From a bacterium (GTDB taxonomy: Bacteria > Electryoneota > Electryoneia > Electryoneales > Electryoneaceae): a DNA stretch of 11,942 bases. The notes below the pieces were generated by a model. The model was given only the letters and a program-made list of their open reading frames with translations. It had not been told where the DNA came from and did no database searches. Positions within the stretch are counted from its first letter, which is position 1. Every line of letters begins with the position of its first letter. Positions 8,159 through 11,942 of the stretch are shown here, piece after piece. Made by a program: the position numbers and the translations under genes. The stretch spans positions 1 to 11,942 of the forward strand of contig JAZDLX010000017.1 of assembly GCA_043801585.1 (NCBI GenBank). Reading direction: 5' to 3'.

Positions 8159-8206
8159 TGGGGCCTCGAGCGGAGGGGTCAGGGTGTGAGGATACTCGAG
8201 GCCCCA
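8159..8206 (-). terminator. 12-bp stem-loop right after the major capsid stop (transcript stabiliser or partial terminator)
   Basis: TGGGGCCTCGAG (8159-8170) / CTCGAGGCCCCA (8195-8206), 24-nt loop, no U-tract. Confidence 0.45.
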
Positions 8207-8218
8207 AGCCGGAAAACA

Positions 8219-9298
8219 TCAATAATCGCAGGCTTTTCTGGCATCGTCGACCATCACGGTGTAAACCGATTCCTTGGAAACGACGGCCGTTTCCAGCTTG
8301 CGTTCGATGACCTTGTCCGCTTCGATCATCAGCGGCTGGCTGACCGATTCACGCACGGCGAAACGGCTGTCCAGGGCGATCATCTCGGTGGCTGTCGCGG
8401 AGGGAACGGCGACGAGGCGGGCGTTCATCGGAAGCAGGTTCGCGTAGCTTCCAGTGGTTTGCATCAACTCCTTGGCGGCGAAAGCCTGTGCGTCCTGGAA
8501 CTGGTTCATGTTGAGGATGGTTTCGATGTCGCTCTTGTCCGCGAGGATGTGCGTCATCTTCGAGGGGACGTCGAAACTGGAGGCGAGGTGGACCAGGTCG
8601 GTGTAAGTGAAGCTGCCCCCCGTTCCGCTGAACACATTTGTTGCGGCGGGGCTGGTGCCGTCGCCGTTGTAGAGCACATCGTAGATCGCGTCGATTTCGT
8701 CATAAGCGAGCTGAGCTCCGATCCACCAGAGGAAAACGCGGAACTCTGCAAGCTTCTGGTTCTTGACGATTCGGTAAGAGAAATCGAACTGTCGTCCACG
8801 ATCGACAATCGCCGCTTCCTTGTCACGGTAGAGGAGTTGAACGCGGGGGTAGGCGCTGCCGCCGGAGGCACGCTTGCCTGCGGTCTTCTTTGCCTCGCTG
8901 GTCTGGATGTAGATGGGGCGGACAGTCGGTCCGACTTCGGGCACGGAGACGGCGATCAGGTCGGTGGGATCCTGGACCATCTTGTAACCCTTGCGGATTT
9001 CGCGAAGGATGTATTCCGGAAGCAGGATCAACGCGCCGCCGACAAAGAACTGTTCGACCGTGATCGAGCCGTTGCCTCCGGTGACAATTTCCTGTACCGC
9101 AAGTTGCCGCTCAAAGGCGTCCAGCTCGCTGCTGACTCGTCCCGTGGCATCTTGTGGCGAGGGATCCTGTTTTTCGAGCCAGTCGGTCAGGCTCATCCCC
9201 TGTTCCTGCGCTTCGTGGTAGAGCGAGAGGTTGCCCGAGCGGGAGTGCTCGATGATGGTGGCTTTCAGGGCCTGGGCCCGTGTGAGGTCAAGCGACAT
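8219..9298 (-). CDS. Major capsid protein (probable HK97 fold), 359 aa
   Basis: Start re-called to ATG 9298 (AAAGGAG SD). ELDAFERQL, VEQFF..ILLPEYILREIRKG, GRQFDFSYRIVK..L..F...IGAQLA, VLYNGDG, IEADKVIERKLE. Size and context (terminase, portal, protease, decoration) fit. Confidence 0.88.
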   Translation of the reverse strand: MSLDLTRAQALKATIIEHSRSGNLSLYHEAQEQGMSLTDWLEKQDPSPQDATGRVSSELDAFERQLAVQEIVTGGNGSITVEQFFVGGALILLPEYILREIRKGYKMVQDPTDLIAVSVPEVGPTVRPIYIQTSEAKKTAGKRASGGSAYPRVQLLYRDKEAAIVDRGRQFDFSYRIVKNQKLAEFRVFLWWIGAQLAYDEIDAIYDVLYNGDGTSPAATNVFSGTGGSFTYTDLVHLASSFDVPSKMTHILADKSDIETILNMNQFQDAQAFAAKELMQTTGSYANLLPMNARLVAVPSATATEMIALDSRFAVRESVSQPLMIEADKVIERKLETAVVSKESVYTVMVDDARKACDY

Positions 9299-9335
9299 GG
9301 TGGGTTCTCCTTTGGGGTGGGTGCATACCCGGGAG

Positions 9336-9471
9336 CAGGATGCACAGGATAACAAGGATAGACGGAATGTGTTTGAACGGACTCGGACGGAGAGGGGAGC
9401 GGGAACGACGTCCGTCATGTCGGTTCTGGATGAGTGCATTCTGCTGAAACAGGATGCACAGGGTTGACAGG
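9336..9471. repeat. Two copies of a CAGGA(T)-periodic repeat
   Basis: CAGGATGCACAGG at 9336-9348 and 9450-9462, each followed by a further degenerate ACA(A)GG unit. Confidence 0.6.
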
Positions 9472-9707
9472 TGCGGGGACCATGACTTGAGTGGTTCTTC
9501 GGTCAGGTCTTCGTTGCGCTAACGACCTGGCGCAACCGGGAATGTTTTGAACAGGGGTGTCCGGAGAAAGGTGCTGGAAAAGCGTTCCGGCGGGCTGATT
9601 TGTCTGGTAGCGCCTTGGAGGTTTGGCGCCACGATGGGCGTATGGTTCCGAACTTGCTGCGCGAGTGGCGCAGCCACTCCAAGCCGCCTTTGGCGCCCGA
9701 CTCCGGG

Positions 9708-10142
9708 CTACCCGAGCCAGACGTCGCATGTGGAATTGGTGGAGTCCACGGCGATCACCTGGCCGCGCATCAGGTGTCCGCCGGCGGCGATGTCCGTGTC
9801 CGCGGAGGCCTGGCGGACCTTTCCGGTGCCGGCGACTTCGACCATCTGATTGACCTGTGGCGCCGTAGCTTCGTAAGCGAAACGGGCGACGCCGCGGGCC
9901 TGCACTGCGCAGGAGGCGGGACGGGTTGTTCCGGGCACGAGGTCTGTCGAAACCCAGACCAGTTTGCCGAACAATTTATCACCCGCCGACCCCTTAGAAA
10001 CCTCGTTGTTTCCGGAAATCCTGCAGGCGGTGGTGTTGTTGTCGATGTCCTCCTGCGTGAAGCCGCTGGAGGAGTTGATGGTCATCGAGAGGAAGGGCCC
10101 TCCCCCGATGCCTTCGTTGTCAATGACGTACGGTGTGCTCAT
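9708..10142 (-). CDS. Putative head decoration / capsid cement protein (144 aa)
   Basis: GGAG SD. Gly/Val-rich pattern ISGNNEVSKGSAGDKLFGKL, CAVQARG, VEVAGTGKV, GQVIAVDSTNSTCDVWLG, typical of the small protein encoded just before major capsid genes. Confidence 0.75.
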   Translation of the reverse strand: MSTPYVIDNEGIGGGPFLSMTINSSSGFTQEDIDNNTTACRISGNNEVSKGSAGDKLFGKLVWVSTDLVPGTTRPASCAVQARGVARFAYEATAPQVNQMVEVAGTGKVRQASADTDIAAGGHLMRGQVIAVDSTNSTCDVWLG

Positions 10143-10190
10143 GGAATCGTTCTCCGCATGGTTGTTGAAAAGGATGTGTGACAGAGGGAG

Positions 10191-10571
10191 TCATCGTCCG
10201 CTGGCGAACTTGTCGCTCAAGTCACGCTGTGCTGGAGTGCCGGTGGCGGGCGGGGTTGGAGCGGTGGGGTCGCTGTCGATTAAACGGTGGCGGAGGGCGT
10301 GGTCGAGCTCCGCTTCCAATTCCTCGAGTTGAGCGAGGTTGCCCTCACGTGCGTGCTGAACGTCATGCTCGGGACGTTCGAGCAGCTCGCATCGGGCGAG
10401 CAGGCGTTGACGCATCCGCTCGACGAGATGGTCTCGTTCACGGATGGCGTCAGGCCGGTTGGCCAGTTCGTCCGCGGCGTAGCGGAGAAGAAACGCGAGT
10501 TCGTCGAGGTTGACCTCCTCGCCGGCCTCGCACATATCCGCGGCAGCGTGAAGTTTGGGTTGCAGGTCCAT
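10191..10571 (-). CDS. Helical charged protein (126 aa), putative capsid scaffold
   Basis: AAAGGA SD. E/R/L-rich coiled coil, Pro/Thr linker, short terminal DLSDKFASGR; sits directly before decoration and capsid genes. CDS well supported, function inferred. Confidence 0.6.
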   Translation of the reverse strand: MDLQPKLHAAADMCEAGEEVNLDELAFLLRYAADELANRPDAIRERDHLVERMRQRLLARCELLERPEHDVQHAREGNLAQLEELEAELDHALRHRLIDSDPTAPTPPATGTPAQRDLSDKFASGR

Positions 10572-10881
10572 CCTGGTTCCTTTCCGGTTAGATGAGGCGG
10601 AATACCTCGGTGGCTTCGGTTGACAGGGAAGAGCTCGGGACGGACGGACGTGCGGGGTTCCGTCCGTCCCAAGCCGGACCGTCAGCGCATGCTTCCAGAA
10701 TCGGCCAGCCCGAACGGACGGTCCGGTGCCTTTCAGAAAGCATGAACTTCCCGTTGAATAGCAGGGGTGCGTGCGCGTGGTGATGGCAGGCCGGGTGACG
10801 GAAGGGATCGTGGCCGGAGCGGGGCGGCGGGGAAGGTGAGATCCCGGGAGAAATGCGCACGCGGCAGGTTGTCAACGCTAA

Positions 10882-10897
10882 CTGAACAAATGTTCAG
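10882..10897. promoter_or_regulatory. Operator palindrome with GAAC-N4-GTTC core (LexA/Cheo-box-like)
   Basis: CTGAACA-AA-TGTTCAG perfect 7-bp inverted repeat, 11 nt downstream of the predicted -10 on the minus strand. Confidence 0.6.
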
Positions 10898-10908
10898 AAA
10901 GCGAAACC

Positions 10909-10937
10909 AAGATAGCTTGTTATCGATATGTTGTCAA
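10909..10937 (-). promoter_or_regulatory. Sigma70-type promoter for the capsid operon
   Basis: Minus strand TTGACA (10937-10932), 17-nt spacer, TATCTT (10914-10909), within the only markedly AT-rich stretch of the window. Confidence 0.7.
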
Positions 10938-11034
10938 TACCCAACACAACACAGGCTCCATCGATGGCTCTGTTTGATTCTATTTTTAGTATTAATAAGG
11001 AATAATCAAGTTCTTAAGGAGAGGCATCTTTTTC

Positions 11035-11074
11035 AGCGTAAATGTTGCGATAACGCAACGCAATACGCTATCTT
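11035..11074 (+). promoter_or_regulatory. Promoter of the XRE gene overlapped by an inverted-repeat operator
   Basis: TTGCGA (11045-11050)-N18-TATCTT (11069-11074); GTTGCG-ATAA-CGCAAC (11044-11059) flanked by AGCGTA (11035-11040) / TACGCT (11064-11069). Confidence 0.55.
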
Positions 11075-11098
11075 CCGGTGAACAGTGGAGTTCCGGCT

Positions 11099-11590
11099 AT
11101 GGAGAGAATCCTTGAAGAGAGTCAACTCGGGCGCAACCTGCGTGCGCTGCGGATCCGTGCGGGGTTGACCCAAAAGCAGCTTGCGGACCTCGCCCGTCTT
11201 GACCGTGCGACCATCAGTCTGATCGAGAACGGCCGCGAGAGTCCCCGCGCCCATACCGTGGTTACGCTTGCGGAGGTGCTCGGTGTGCGCCCTGCCGACC
11301 TCTGGCGTGAACGGTCGATCGGGTTGGGACCGAGCGGTGCGATGGCGACCGGACGGGTTCATTCAACGGTCGGCGAGGGAACGGAGACGGTTTATGAACC
11401 GCTCGAACAGCACGTGTTGCATCCGGGGTTGGAGGGGCTGCTGAGCGACGACAAAACCCGGACCCTGATGCAGATCACCGACGAGGAGGAGGCGGTATTG
11501 CGCTCGATCCGGACACGTCTGAACGCTCCACTCGACAAGGAATTTTTCATTGACGTGCTGCTCGCCTACCGCCGCAGCCACAGCAGGTGA
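11099..11590 (+). CDS. XRE/Cro-CI family helix-turn-helix transcriptional regulator (163 aa)
   Basis: LGRNLRALRIRAGLTQKQLADLARLDRATISLIENGRESP..HTVVTLAEVLGV is a canonical XRE HTH. ATG 11099 has a GGAG SD and is preferred to GTG 11078. Confidence 0.92.
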   Translation: MERILEESQLGRNLRALRIRAGLTQKQLADLARLDRATISLIENGRESPRAHTVVTLAEVLGVRPADLWRERSIGLGPSGAMATGRVHSTVGEGTETVYEPLEQHVLHPGLEGLLSDDKTRTLMQITDEEEAVLRSIRTRLNAPLDKEFFIDVLLAYRRSHSR

Positions 11591-11753
11591 CACGATGCAA
11601 TATCAAGTAGGCCGAGTTCACCGACTTGTACACCCTTTGCGGAACATGGCTTCTAACTGACAAGAAACCCGACTTGCGAGCAAGTCGAGCCACCCGTCGC
11701 AAAAGTCATAGCAGGTGAATTTGTGGTGGGGTGGGAAAAGAGGGACAGCGAGC

Positions 11754-11822
11754 GTAGCCCGGCATCACCGCATGCCGGGAAACATGGAATTGTATTCCCG
11801 GGACACGGTGGTCCCGGGCTAC
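11754..11822. repeat. Inverted pair of GTAG-type REP elements (REPIN-like)
   Basis: GTAGCCCGGCATCACCGCATGCCGGGAA (11754-11781) and the reverse complement of GTAGCCCGGGACCACCGTGTCCCGGGAA (11795-11822). Confidence 0.8.
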
Positions 11823-11891
11823 ATGCTGACGAATTAGAATAAACCCTGTTTGCACGCTGCGCTAAGCAAACAGGGGCACATACCCTTCCTC

Positions 11892-11927
11892 GTCATCCTG
11901 AATGAAGCGTAGCGAAGTGAAGGATCT
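11892..11927. repeat. GTCATCCTGA...GAAGGATCT type REP-like element
   Basis: GTCATCCTGAATGAAGCGTAGCGAAGTGAAGGATCT; shares the GTCAT head and GGAT-type tail with the elements at 19-46 and 6648-6724. Confidence 0.6.
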
Positions 11928-11942
11928 CTCGACGTGACGTTC

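Noticed and set aside
8219..9298. Encapsulin nanocompartment interpretation
   Set aside because: Portal, terminase and prohead protease with intact motifs indicate a DNA-packaging head, and no cargo enzyme is adjacent.
2750..9352. Long + strand ORFs 2750..3820, 3845..5101, 6830..7474 and 8186..9352
   Set aside because: Antisense shadows of well-supported minus-strand genes, expected with high-GC codon bias; no recognisable motifs.
9299..9439. Extended capsid N-terminus from ATG 9439
   Set aside because: Runs through repeat DNA; ATG 9298 has a strong AAAGGAG SD. Similar upstream extensions at 2206 and 2906 were rejected for the same reason.
9336..9471. CRISPR array
   Set aside because: Only two 13-bp copies 114 bp apart, no regular repeat-spacer period and no cas genes.
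9513..9536. Second XRE operator (GTTGCG...CGCAAC)
   Set aside because: Same half-sites as 11044-11059 but a 12-nt rather than 4-nt spacer; more likely a chance or repeat-derived hairpin.
159..10571. Tailocin or contractile injection system
   Set aside because: No sheath, tube, spike or baseplate genes are recognisable; the cluster is head-only.
10588..10875. 95-aa minus-strand ORF as a cro-like or terS gene
   Set aside because: TTG start with no SD, Pro/Arg/His-rich low-complexity product, no HTH pattern; overlaps the hairpin-rich leader.
10847..10875. Second minus-strand TTGACA (10875-10870) as another promoter
   Set aside because: No acceptable -10 hexamer at 16-18 nt spacing.

Overview
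High-GC window carrying a compact minus-strand cluster of phage head-morphogenesis genes. In order of transcription: putative stand-alone scaffold, head decoration protein, major capsid protein, small beta-rich protein, head-tail adaptor-like protein with a large insertion, large terminase, portal, prohead protease, three proteins with Sec-type signal peptides (the last a right-handed beta-helix protein), a holin-like protein and a small membrane-anchored coiled-coil protein. A divergent XRE-family HTH regulator lies on the + strand. No recognisable tail, small terminase, endolysin, integrase or replication gene occurs in the window. The canonical head gene order is permuted, and the long intergenic gaps hold REP-like palindromes. 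A near-consensus sigma70 promoter (TTGACA-N17-TATCTT) faces the cluster, with a GAAC-N4-GTTC (LexA/SOS-box-like) palindrome just downstream. Best reading, by inference only: a host-domesticated, possibly tailless, gene-transfer-agent-like DNA-packaging capsid system rather than an ordinary prophage. All protein calls come from motif recognition by eye; no searches were run, and genes beyond the window edges cannot be seen.
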